A DNA stretch of 64,000 bases, from contig CANHMG010000001.1 of NCBI GenBank assembly GCA_947461795.1, forward strand, positions 2,831-66,830, given 5' to 3'. Positions 1 to 10,000 of this stretch are shown piece by piece. This stretch comes from Flavobacteriaceae bacterium (GTDB lineage: Bacteria > Bacteroidota > Bacteroidia > Flavobacteriales > Flavobacteriaceae). A model generated the notes under the pieces. It did no database searches. It was not told where the DNA came from and saw only the letters and a program-made list of their open reading frames with translations. The position numbers and the translations under genes were made by a program. The first letter of the stretch is position 1; the number at the start of each line of letters is the position of its first letter.

Positions 1-867
1 GTTAAATCTTCAGACGATTTGTATTCTAACATGGCTATGCAGGAAAAATTAATCCATGCGTATACTGAAAAATCATTAGGCAAAAAGACTTTGATTTTCA
101 ATAATGGAATTAATACTTCCTTATATGTTTATGAAACTTTTAGAGAAGCAGGTTATCCGATTCGTCATTTAGACAACACAAGTAATCCAGAAGATAGAAG
201 AGATATACTGGCTTGGTTTAAAAAAACACCTGATGCAATTTTGACCTCAGTTGGGATATTAACAACTGGATTTGATGAGCCTACAGTGGAGAGTATTATC
301 TTAAATCGGGCAACAAAATCATTGACATTGTATTTTCAAATGATTGGTCGTGGTTCTAGGAAATTAGCAAACAAAGACACTTTTGATGTTATCGATTTAG
401 GAAATAACGCGGCAAGATTTGGGTTATGGAGCGAGCCTGTTGACTGGCAGCATATATTTAAATCACCTGAGTATTACTTAGAAAATTTGCGTGATGATAC
501 CGAAATTGAATTGCATTTTAAATATCAAATGCCTCCAGAGTTAAGAGCTAAATTTAGTAAAACGGATGTTGTTACTTTTGATGTTGATGAAGAACATAAA
601 TTAGTTATAAAGCAAAACTTAAGATCGAAAATTGTTATTGAAAAATCTGTCGAACAACATGCATCAATGTGTGTGGATAATTCAAATGATTTAACAGAAG
701 CCAAACTTTTGGCTAAAGAATTAAGTGAAGATATTGAATCAAGGATGAAACGATATGCAAATTGTTTAAGTCATTGTAGTAAAAACTATAAAGAATGGCT
801 TATAGAAGATTACAAGCTTAAACTAATTCTTCTAATTGGAAAAAAAATTAGAGAAAAATTATTTTAA
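1..867 (+). CDS. DEAD/DEAH-box (SF2) helicase, C-terminal part; 5' end lies outside the window
   Basis: Frame open from base 1; helicase motifs V/VI (ILTTGFDEP, QMIGRGSR). Confidence 0.85.
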   Translation, partial: VKSSDDLYSNMAMQEKLIHAYTEKSLGKKTLIFNNGINTSLYVYETFREAGYPIRHLDNTSNPEDRRDILAWFKKTPDAILTSVGILTTGFDEPTVESIILNRATKSLTLYFQMIGRGSRKLANKDTFDVIDLGNNAARFGLWSEPVDWQHIFKSPEYYLENLRDDTEIELHFKYQMPPELRAKFSKTDVVTFDVDEEHKLVIKQNLRSKIVIEKSVEQHASMCVDNSNDLTEAKLLAKELSEDIESRMKRYANCLSHCSKNYKEWLIEDYKLKLILLIGKKIREKLF

Positions 868-888
868 TACTCAAAATAATTTTTCAAC

Positions 889-985
889 TCGATGAAATAC
901 ATCATTTTACCGTTGGAGTTTACCTATTTTTTTTAACATTATTTTTTGACTTTCCATTGTGGGTTAAAAAGTTGCATTTCATCGA
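889..985. promoter_or_regulatory. Pair of inverted 13-bp motifs TCGATGAAAT(A/G)CA, candidate regulator sites for the pel-like operon
   Basis: 889-901 TCGATGAAATACA; 973-985 TGCATTTCATCGA; an identical 13-mer also lies at 12853-12865. Confidence 0.5.
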
Positions 986-1045
986 CTTTATGAGTGTTTA
1001 CAACAGATTTCAGTTCGTTTTTTTTTTTATTAAGCAAAGAGAAAA

Positions 1046-1053
1046 TATCTTTG
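1046..1053 (+). promoter_or_regulatory. Bacteroidota -7 promoter element (TAnnTTTG) upstream of pelF
   Basis: TATCTTTG about 75 bp upstream of the probable start; no clear TTTG -33 box. Confidence 0.5.
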
Positions 1054-1126
1054 TCAAAAGAAACAAATGTTAAATTAGTTTTTATTTAATGTTACCCCAA
1101 TGTTTTTTTTGCTTAAACCTAAGATT

Positions 1127-2668
1127 ATGAAAAATAAATACGATGTAATGCTCATTTTAGAAGGAACCTATCCATTTAATGGTGGAGGAGTATCCACATG
1201 GGCTCATATGCTTTGTAATAAAGTAAAGAATGTAAATTATACATTGTATTCTATTAATGCAGATTTTGAAGAAAAATCAAAATATCAATTAAGTGATAAT
1301 GTTAAAGATGTAATTCAAGTTCCTTTATGGTCTCCATTAGAGCCTCAAGAATTATTGAGTTATGGAAAAAAATATTACAAATCTGTAAATAAAAAAGAAC
1401 AAGAAGACGATACCGTTATTGAAGAAGAATTTATTCCAATTTTCAAAAGAGTATTGAATAATATTTATGATGTTAATGCTGATATTGAAGATATTGATGA
1501 TACCATTTTTGATATGTGGCAATTTTTTCAAAATCATGATTATAAGAAAACAATGAAAAGCCAAGTGGTTTGGAAATGTTTCTGTGAAACTGTTTCTGAA
1601 ATCATTAAAAAAGACAATCATTACGAAGCAACATTATATGATTTTACAGTTGGAATGCGATGGATTTATCGTTTTTTAATTCCAATTTCTATTGATGTTC
1701 CTAAAATGGATATTTCACATCTTACTTTATCCGGTTTTCCTGTTATTCCAGCTTTAGTTTTAAAATACAAATACGGGACTCCAATTATTGCGACTGAACA
1801 TGGTGTTTATATTAGAGAAAGATTAATTGCAATCAATTCTTCAGAATATTCGTTTTTCTTAAAAAACCTTTTGATTAAATTTTCAGAATGTATAACCAAA
1901 CTGGTATATTATAAGGCAGACATTATTTTATCTGTAAATAAATTTAATATGTCTTGGGAAAAGAAATACGGTGCTCATCCAAATAAAATTGAAGTTATTT
2001 ACAACGGTATTGATTCTGACCTTTTTATTCCAGCTCCAAAACCAGCACATTTAGAAAATGTTCCAACTGTTGTTGCAGCTGCTAGAATATTTGAATTGAA
2101 AGATATTATCACGATGATAAAATCTTGTGAAGTTGCTAAAAGAAGTATACCTAATGTTAGGTATTTAGTATATGGAGATAATAATGCGGTACCTCAATAT
2201 ACAAAAGAGTGTAATGATTTAATAAAAAAATTAGATTTAGAAAATAATTTCTTTTTAGCAGGGTATCATGATAAACCACATCAATTGTTTTGTGAAGGTG
2301 ATATTTCAATATTAACTTCAATTTCAGAAGGATTTCCATATACGGTTCTCGAATCTATGAGTTGTGGAATCCCAGTTGTAGCTACTGATGTTGGTGGAGT
2401 TACCGAAGCATTAGATACGTCATGTGGTTTTATTTGTAAACCTAAAGATTATGAATCACTTGGTAAAAATGTTGTGATTTTGCTTCAAGATGAAGTTTTG
2501 AGAAAGAAAATGGGTGAAAACGCAAGAAAAAAAGTATTGGATAATTTTACAATTGATAAATTTATTAAAGAATATGAAGTTGCCTACGACTTCATTATGA
2601 ATAGAAAAGCACAAGAGCCTATTTATTTGAATAGTCATATGCAAGAAGAAGCTATGGAAGCCTCTTAG
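1127..2668 (+). CDS. pelF: GT4 glycosyltransferase, PelF-like (DUF3492 + GT4)
   Basis: LEGTYP..GGVSTW N-terminus, TEHGVYIRER, SISEGFPYTVLESMSCG; alternative start at 1100. Confidence 0.88.
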   Translation: MKNKYDVMLILEGTYPFNGGGVSTWAHMLCNKVKNVNYTLYSINADFEEKSKYQLSDNVKDVIQVPLWSPLEPQELLSYGKKYYKSVNKKEQEDDTVIEEEFIPIFKRVLNNIYDVNADIEDIDDTIFDMWQFFQNHDYKKTMKSQVVWKCFCETVSEIIKKDNHYEATLYDFTVGMRWIYRFLIPISIDVPKMDISHLTLSGFPVIPALVLKYKYGTPIIATEHGVYIRERLIAINSSEYSFFLKNLLIKFSECITKLVYYKADIILSVNKFNMSWEKKYGAHPNKIEVIYNGIDSDLFIPAPKPAHLENVPTVVAAARIFELKDIITMIKSCEVAKRSIPNVRYLVYGDNNAVPQYTKECNDLIKKLDLENNFFLAGYHDKPHQLFCEGDISILTSISEGFPYTVLESMSCGIPVVATDVGGVTEALDTSCGFICKPKDYESLGKNVVILLQDEVLRKKMGENARKKVLDNFTIDKFIKEYEVAYDFIMNRKAQEPIYLNSHMQEEAMEAS

Positions 2669-2702
2669 ATTTTTACTTAACCAAAATAGACCCCAATCTA
2701 CA

Positions 2703-4316
2703 ATGGAAAATCATTTTACAAATATTAAGTCTTTAATAGAAAAAACTAAAGACAAAATAGGCAAACCCGTTAGTAGCGAAGTCGTAGAAGCTACAATTGA
2801 ATCTTTAGGAATTAGAGAAAAGGATACTAAAGATGATTTCGGATTTAATTCAATCCAAGATTTAGCAGAATTAATATATTATGAATTAACTACAGATAAA
2901 TATTATATTGGTGCTAAAAATGAAAAAGAAATTGAAGTTGAAAAATCTCAGTCTAAAGTAATTCAACTTTCAGATTATTTTAAAATTAAACTTCAAATTT
3001 TTGCTCAATATTATTCTTTAGGTATTTTTCACTTACTTCCAGTTTTAATTCAAATCGCTGCTATTATCGTTTTTGGATACTCATTATGGACGTATGTTGG
3101 TTTTAATGAAATACAATCAACAGCAGTAGTATTAGGTGTAATTATTGGATTAATTTCAACAGGAGGTTTCGTTCAAGTTATCGGTAAACAAGCTTCATTT
3201 TATTGGAATTATGAAGATTATAAAATGACCAATACTACGATAAACTACCTTCATAAAATAGGAATGCTTTCTATTTTCTTTGTGTTAACATCCATTTTTT
3301 TGGTCAATTTCTTTTTCCATATTTATCCCTACGAAATATTATTTGTAGTATTTGCCTATGCTTTTTTTGTTGGAATGCTATTATTAATGTTAGCTCCATT
3401 GCATACAATTAAGCAACGTTGGATGATTACATTTTCAATTTTTGTTGGTACTGCAGTTGCAATTTTTCTAAAAGAATCTACAACTTTGTTAATATTTATT
3501 ACCCATTGGATTGGTATTGCAGTAGCAATTATCATTTCAAAAATATTTTTATTGGTCTATTTTAATAGATTGACTAAAAATAAAAAATCAATAAGTGGAA
3601 ATAAAATCAAAGTCCCTGTTATACTTTATCACAATTATCAATATTTCTTTTATGGAATATTTATTTATGTTTTTATATTCATCGATAGAATACTAGCATG
3701 GTCTTCCGGAATCAATGGAAATCTACCTTTTTTAGTTTATTTTGAAAAAAATTATGAATTGGGGATGGATTTAGCTATTTTAGTTTTTTTATTGCTCGCT
3801 GGAGTCCTAGAATATAGTATAGCATCGTTTACAAAATTTATTGATATTGGACAAAAATTAACAGATCATAAAACGCCAGAAGTGTTTAACAATCAGCTTC
3901 GTAAAATGTATTGGCAACAAATTTTGTTGTTATTTGTTACTAGTGTTTTAGCCTTTATATTTATCTATTATATTATAAATGCATCGTGGGGATTTGAAGG
4001 TCAATTTAATGAAACATTAGTGCAATTAAGTATAAAAGTTTGTGTAATAGGCGGAATGGGTTATATATTATTAGCTTGGGGAATGTTAAACTCTTTGTAT
4101 TTATTTACTTTGGGCCAAGCAAAAAAACCATTAAAGGCCATAATATATGCTTGTTTATTAAATATTTTTTTAGGTTTTGTATTAAGTAGATTTTTTGCTT
4201 ATGAATACAGCGTAGTAGGAATGCTTTGTGGAGCAGCACTTTTCGTAGCGCTTACTTTAAGAGCAAACATCGTTTATTTTAAAAATCTAGATTACTTCTA
4301 TTATGCAGCGTATTAA
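2703..4316 (+). CDS. pelG: PelG-like multi-TM exopolysaccharide transporter with soluble N-terminal extension
   Basis: About 12 hydrophobic segments, FIFIDRILAW motif, C-terminal LDYFYYAAY; directly follows pelF. Confidence 0.7.
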   Translation: MENHFTNIKSLIEKTKDKIGKPVSSEVVEATIESLGIREKDTKDDFGFNSIQDLAELIYYELTTDKYYIGAKNEKEIEVEKSQSKVIQLSDYFKIKLQIFAQYYSLGIFHLLPVLIQIAAIIVFGYSLWTYVGFNEIQSTAVVLGVIIGLISTGGFVQVIGKQASFYWNYEDYKMTNTTINYLHKIGMLSIFFVLTSIFLVNFFFHIYPYEILFVVFAYAFFVGMLLLMLAPLHTIKQRWMITFSIFVGTAVAIFLKESTTLLIFITHWIGIAVAIIISKIFLLVYFNRLTKNKKSISGNKIKVPVILYHNYQYFFYGIFIYVFIFIDRILAWSSGINGNLPFLVYFEKNYELGMDLAILVFLLLAGVLEYSIASFTKFIDIGQKLTDHKTPEVFNNQLRKMYWQQILLLFVTSVLAFIFIYYIINASWGFEGQFNETLVQLSIKVCVIGGMGYILLAWGMLNSLYLFTLGQAKKPLKAIIYACLLNIFLGFVLSRFFAYEYSVVGMLCGAALFVALTLRANIVYFKNLDYFYYAAY

Positions 4317-5112
4317 AATTCTGTTTGTTATTCTCCCTCTTATTTTATTATTTAATTCTTTTCAAAACGATATGAAAAAAAGTAACGTGTTCATTTGTTA
4401 TGGAAAAATGAATCCTGAACTAATAAAAGGATATAAATATGTAATTGTTGAATCAAAACACTATTTTGCAAGCAACATCAGAGTGTTAAAATCGAAAAAT
4501 GAAAAGGTTTTTTCCTATATCAGTTTAGGGGAAGTTAATGCTAACGCATCTCATTATCTAGAATTGAAAAAACATACGTTGGGGAAAAATGAAATATGGA
4601 ACAGTTATTATTTAGATTTAAATTCAAAGAAAACGATAGAAACCTTGATGCACATTATCGATGAGACTTTTGCTGATGGCTATGATGGTTTGTTTTTAGA
4701 TAATTTTGACAATTTTACAGTTCATGGCCCTCAAAAAGAACAGCATAAAGCGCTTATAAACTTATTGAAAACAATAAAAGAAAAATATCCTAAAAAGATG
4801 TTTATTCAAAATGCAGGACTAGACATGGTAGAGGAAACTTCAATTTATATTGATGCAATTGCTATTGAATCTATAGCAACCAATTATAGTTTTAAAGACA
4901 AAAAATATAGTCTCAGAGATAAGAAACAATTTGAAACGTATTTGAATCAAATAGATGAAATACATATAAAATATAAAATTCCGTTTATACTTATTGAATA
5001 TGCCGATACGAAAGGCTTAATGACTAAAATAGGGGAAAGAATTAACAATTCTAAACACCAGTATTTTATTGGAAATATAAATTTACAAACGATTCCAAAA
5101 TTTAAACAATAA
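4303..5112 (+). CDS. Endo-alpha-1,4-polygalactosaminidase-like hydrolase (GH114/GH166; PelA hydrolase-like)
   Basis: YISLGE, GYDGLFLDNFD, IQNAG and AIES motifs; N-terminal signal or anchor; overlaps pelG stop. Confidence 0.8.
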   Translation: MQRIKILFVILPLILLFNSFQNDMKKSNVFICYGKMNPELIKGYKYVIVESKHYFASNIRVLKSKNEKVFSYISLGEVNANASHYLELKKHTLGKNEIWNSYYLDLNSKKTIETLMHIIDETFADGYDGLFLDNFDNFTVHGPQKEQHKALINLLKTIKEKYPKKMFIQNAGLDMVEETSIYIDAIAIESIATNYSFKDKKYSLRDKKQFETYLNQIDEIHIKYKIPFILIEYADTKGLMTKIGERINNSKHQYFIGNINLQTIPKFKQ

Positions 5113-5117
5113 AGCAT

Positions 5118-7094
5118 ATGATGTTTTTAACAAGTTCGATATTATTAGGTTTTATAAGGCTTTGCTTTATATTACTTTTTTTATTCTACTTGAATAGGAA
5201 ATTCGTAAACGTTTCACGTCACGTTCACTTCCTCGATTTTATTGTATTAAACTGGTTTAGATATGTGAGTGGATTACTTATTATTATTTTTATATTAGTA
5301 GAATTAGATGCTTATAATTTGTTCAATTGTTTCTTTGTTTTTGCTTTCTTAATTTTTATTGATATTATTGGAATCAAAAACCTTAAAAACCCAAAAGATT
5401 TTTTCAAAGCCCATGTAAAAACTGCTTTATTGACATTTTTAAGAAATATTGAAAATAAAAAATCCTTTTGGTTTTGGTTTTCTTTGGAGCGTTCAAAAAA
5501 GGAAAAGAATCACAATACTTTTATTCTAATTCTAACTATCTTGATAGGAAGTATTACCTTTTTGAGCAGATATTATTTTATTATTTATGATAATTATTCA
5601 TTATCAGACGCATGGATTTATGACTTGAATAAAGTGATTCAATTTGATAATCAATATTGGTTTACCTTTGAATTGGCTACTGATGCAGAGCTTGCGATCG
5701 TAAATTTTTACGGAAAAATCACAGACGTAAGCCCAGAAATTGCACTCCAAGTAATTGCCATTCTAGAATCTACGTTATTAGCAATAATTATATTTTGGGT
5801 TATCAATAAATTAACACCTTCAAAATTTATTGCTCCAACAATAGCAGCACTTTTCTTTAGTCTGGTATATGTAATTACACCTCTCAATATTTATTTTTTA
5901 TTAAAAGGAAATCCAACTTTCTTGTCTTTAACATTTGTACTACCAGCTTTTGTGTATTATTTAGATCCAAATATCATTAAAGTTAACAAAATCAGTTATT
6001 TTCTTAGTTTTTTATGTGTTTTTATTTCTATTGGATTAATAGATTTATTTACACTCTGTATTTTAATCCCACCTTTTTTGATTATCGGTTTTCTTTTTAC
6101 GGAAATGAAAAACAAAAAAAACAATCTAATAGCAATATCGGCTTATATAGTTGGAATGATTGTACTGTATATATTATATAGATTTGCCTGTTACTTCCAA
6201 AGAGCAGAAATAATAGATTATTTGCAAAACAATTTAATTTCTATAAGTTCCTACACTTATGTGCCTCAATTGATATTGCCTTATAGTCAAATTATTATGT
6301 ATGCTCAATACAGTACTATAGTAGGATTTATATTGGTGTTGATTTTGGCAATTTTTAATAAAGAAAATTGGAGAGCAACAATAGTGTTTTTTGTGTATTT
6401 TAATTTTCTAATTCTTTTGACCTTTATAAAAAGTGAATGGCTAGACAATGACATGGTAATAAATTCAATTTCTGTTATTCTCCCAATCATTTTAGGTTTG
6501 AATCTTGCAATAGTTATTCGAATTTTAAATTTCGGGTTGCAACGCTTTGAAAGATTTAGTCCGATTACTGTGACGCTATTAATCATTGTAATGCTATATT
6601 CGTCTTTTTATTATCAGCAAAAAAACATCAACTCAATGACGGTTTCTGATCAGACACCGAAACAAATATTAAACGCATACGATAAAATTTCTCAAACTTT
6701 TTTTAATCGTACGTATTGTGTCGTAAATGACCCTGCTACTCAAGTAATAAGTAATAATTCACATTTCTTTATGAATTATGACTTTTTTATCAATCAATAC
6801 CCTAATATTGATGCCATAAATACTAAGAACAAAAAGGATCCAACTTTTATAGTGAAACATCCCGAATATTCCTTATCAAAAAGTGTTTTGGTTTTTGTGT
6901 TAAGTGAGAATATAATAGATGAAAAGAATGCTTTTGCCGAAAATAAACATTACCAAAAAGAATTGATTAAGAATATTAAATTACTAAGAGAAAGAGGTAG
7001 AAAAGTAAATCTATTTTATGATAGTGAGATTCTAAAAGTATATGAAATAGTCAATGAACCAAGTGAAAGTAAAATTTCAGATTTAATTTTTTAA
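5118..7094 (+). CDS. Polytopic membrane protein, possibly GT-C-like
   Basis: About 14-16 TM segments, acidic loop (SLSDAWIYD), soluble C-terminal domain; within the operon. Confidence 0.6.
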   Translation: MMFLTSSILLGFIRLCFILLFLFYLNRKFVNVSRHVHFLDFIVLNWFRYVSGLLIIIFILVELDAYNLFNCFFVFAFLIFIDIIGIKNLKNPKDFFKAHVKTALLTFLRNIENKKSFWFWFSLERSKKEKNHNTFILILTILIGSITFLSRYYFIIYDNYSLSDAWIYDLNKVIQFDNQYWFTFELATDAELAIVNFYGKITDVSPEIALQVIAILESTLLAIIIFWVINKLTPSKFIAPTIAALFFSLVYVITPLNIYFLLKGNPTFLSLTFVLPAFVYYLDPNIIKVNKISYFLSFLCVFISIGLIDLFTLCILIPPFLIIGFLFTEMKNKKNNLIAISAYIVGMIVLYILYRFACYFQRAEIIDYLQNNLISISSYTYVPQLILPYSQIIMYAQYSTIVGFILVLILAIFNKENWRATIVFFVYFNFLILLTFIKSEWLDNDMVINSISVILPIILGLNLAIVIRILNFGLQRFERFSPITVTLLIIVMLYSSFYYQQKNINSMTVSDQTPKQILNAYDKISQTFFNRTYCVVNDPATQVISNNSHFFMNYDFFINQYPNIDAINTKNKKDPTFIVKHPEYSLSKSVLVFVLSENIIDEKNAFAENKHYQKELIKNIKLLRERGRKVNLFYDSEILKVYEIVNEPSESKISDLIF

Positions 7095-7096
7095 GC

Positions 7097-10000
7097 ATGA
7101 ATTTAAGGTTTAAATATATAAATATATGTTACGGATTGGCTTTCGTCCTATCATTCACTATTTTTAGTTGTGAAGGATTAGACGATTGGTCTGATTTGAA
7201 AAGTATTGATTTATTTAATTCTAAAGATCAAGGTACGAATGCAAATGGTTATAAGAATTATAGTGAACCTGGATTAAGTTCACAACCCATTGTTCAATCT
7301 ATTTATGATCCAAGTGCAAATTTTAGTAAACTATACAATTCAGAAATAAAAAAAGTATGCGATTATACTAAATTGCCTTTTCATTGCATGACAGTAAGCA
7401 ATTGGAATAATGCCCTCCAAATTGCTCCTACCACACGAGTGTTGATGATTTACGATTCAAAGAAATTAAATGACGCTTCCATCCCTAAATTATTAGATTT
7501 TGTTTCAAATGGAGGAACTCTTTTCATCCCTTTTGCTAATGAAGATAGAAGAATGGCTTTTTTATTAGGATTTAAACCTCAAGCTGAATATGCTACAGAT
7601 AATAAAGCTGCTGGATTTTATTTTACTACTCCAATATTGCCTAATTTGAAAGGCAGAACTTATGAACCTGAAGTTAAATTGTTTGGTTTTGCAGGACAAA
7701 ATTTTTCGAATAAAGTAAAAATATTAGCTACTGCAGCTAATAATATGAAGTATCCAACGATTCTTGAAAATGCGATTGGAAAAGGTAAAGTCGTATTATA
7801 TAATACTTCTGGAGATTTTTCTAAGCCAGATCGAGGATTGCTTTTTGCAGGATTATTAAAAGGATTAGAAGGAATTCCGTATCCAATTGTCAATGCATCT
7901 ACTATTTTCTTAGATGATTTTCCATCACCACAGTACGACATAAAAGCAGAGCCAGTATTGTCAGAAATGAATATGACAACTTCTGATTTTGTTTCTAAAG
8001 TTTGGTGGCCAGACATGCGTAATTTAGGGAAAGAATTCAAAATTCCTTATGCTGCGATGTTGACTTTTGATTATAGAAATAAAATAGTTCCACCATTTAC
8101 TTTAGATCAATGGAATTCTAGAAAAATAAAAACAAATGATATAGTTCAAGCTTTGCCAGATTGGTTGGTATATGATGTAAAGAAAAACGGGCATGAATTA
8201 GCTTTTCATGGTTACAACCACGTTTCTTTGACCAAAAAATTGTGGAAAAATATGGGATTTATACCTACTTCCTTGAATGCTATAAAAAAGAAATGGGTAA
8301 TTAGTAACTATGGTAAACTTCCTGCTACCTATGTTCCTCCTTCTAATGAAATTGATAAAGCGGGAGTTGTAGAATTAAAAAAATCAATGCCTTCTATAAA
8401 ATACATGTGTAGTTTGTATTTAGGTCAAATGGATGAAGGTGGCAATAGAGAATTTGATTACGACCCATACGAGAAAAAACTATTTGATTACCCTAGAATT
8501 TCGAGTGGATTTTATTTTAAAGATGATGAAAAATATGTAATTCAATCGATGTATTTATATACTGGCGTATGGACTCATTTTGTGCATCCCGATGATGTAT
8601 ATCAAATTCCTGCTACGGCCGACAAAAGGTCTGGTGGTTATAGTTTAAGAAATAATTTAACCTACGGTTGGAGAAAATCTAAAAATTCAGAAACTGCCAT
8701 GTTTCCAGAGTTTAAAAAGTATTTGAAACAATTTACTTCAACTTATCCTCAAATGCGATTTGTAAACGGTGAGGATGGTGGTGATCTTGTGTTAAAATGG
8801 AGAGCCTCACGATATACTCATAAATCAGAAAACGGATTATATACTATCAAAGAAATTAATCCAGAAGATACTAGTAAAAAGTATTGGTTTATGTATGGTA
8901 GTCCAACGAATGCTGATAAAATTGAAGGGCAACTAAAAAATCAAAATGTTTTGTTTGCTAAATCACCTATAATGGATGGATATTTATATTCTATATATTC
9001 TAACAAGTCAAAACTTACCGTTGTAGATTTATTATATAAAACACCAAAAGAAAGAGTTGAACAAGCCGCTATTAATAGTTTGGTAAAAGCAGATTTTGCA
9101 AAATATGCAATTGATGTTAAGAATTTTGTTACTGGTGGAAATTGGGTTGACGATTCAGAGAAGAAGCTTCAATTGGAAATGGCAGCATTGCGAAATAAAT
9201 TGTTATCGAGTGCAGAAATAGATTCAACAGCCTGGAACAAATATGCAAAATACTTATCTTGGGATGAAAAAGGGGGAGAAATATGGAAATTATATGAAGA
9301 ACATGTAGCTAAAAATTCTTCTAAAAATAACATCCTTTATTCTAAAGAATTGGATAGAATTATTGGATATAAAGATGATATTGCTAAAGAAAAATGGTTA
9401 AGTGAACAAATCAAAGTATCTCCTGATGACAAAGAATTGTTAAATAATTATTTAGCCAATTTTGATATTGAAGAATATAAAGACAAAATTAAAAATGTTT
9501 TGAAATCCTTAAATGCTATTGATCCAAGTCCTCAAAACTATTTGAAATATATTAAGCATTTGCTACAATATTATCCTGATGAAGCTTTAGTAGAATTGGA
9601 AAATGTAAAACCATCCATTGAATATAAAGACTTGGCAACACAAATCGTTTGGTTGTTTGCTGACAATGCTGATTATAAAAAAGCAATAGAATGGTCTGAA
9701 TTTTCAACTGAAATAGATTTTGTTACCAAAATGAATTGGTATATCGAATCTGGACAATCAAAAGAAATTGAACCATTATTTAAAAAATACAATGCTGAGC
9801 ATCCCGAAGATGAGATTGCTACTGTTTTAATGAGTAATGTCTATCATGAATTAGGACGTTTTAAAGATTCTTGGGTATTAACCAATTCTATGAGCAATAT
9901 TTTTGAAAAAGAGGAAATGAGAAAAACCTTGAATAAAGATGTCGTATATGAAGATGTTGATTTGCAACAAGATTTAATTGAAAATCATTCTGCTTTATTT

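Noticed and set aside
1-867. Anti-phage or restriction helicase
   Set aside because: Only the C-terminal half is visible and no nuclease or methylase is adjacent in the window
7660-8040. 126-aa antisense ORF, and similar shadow ORFs at 1352, 6305, 27336, 36978, 51575, 54932 and 62196
   Set aside because: Fully nested opposite well-supported genes; expected from codon bias
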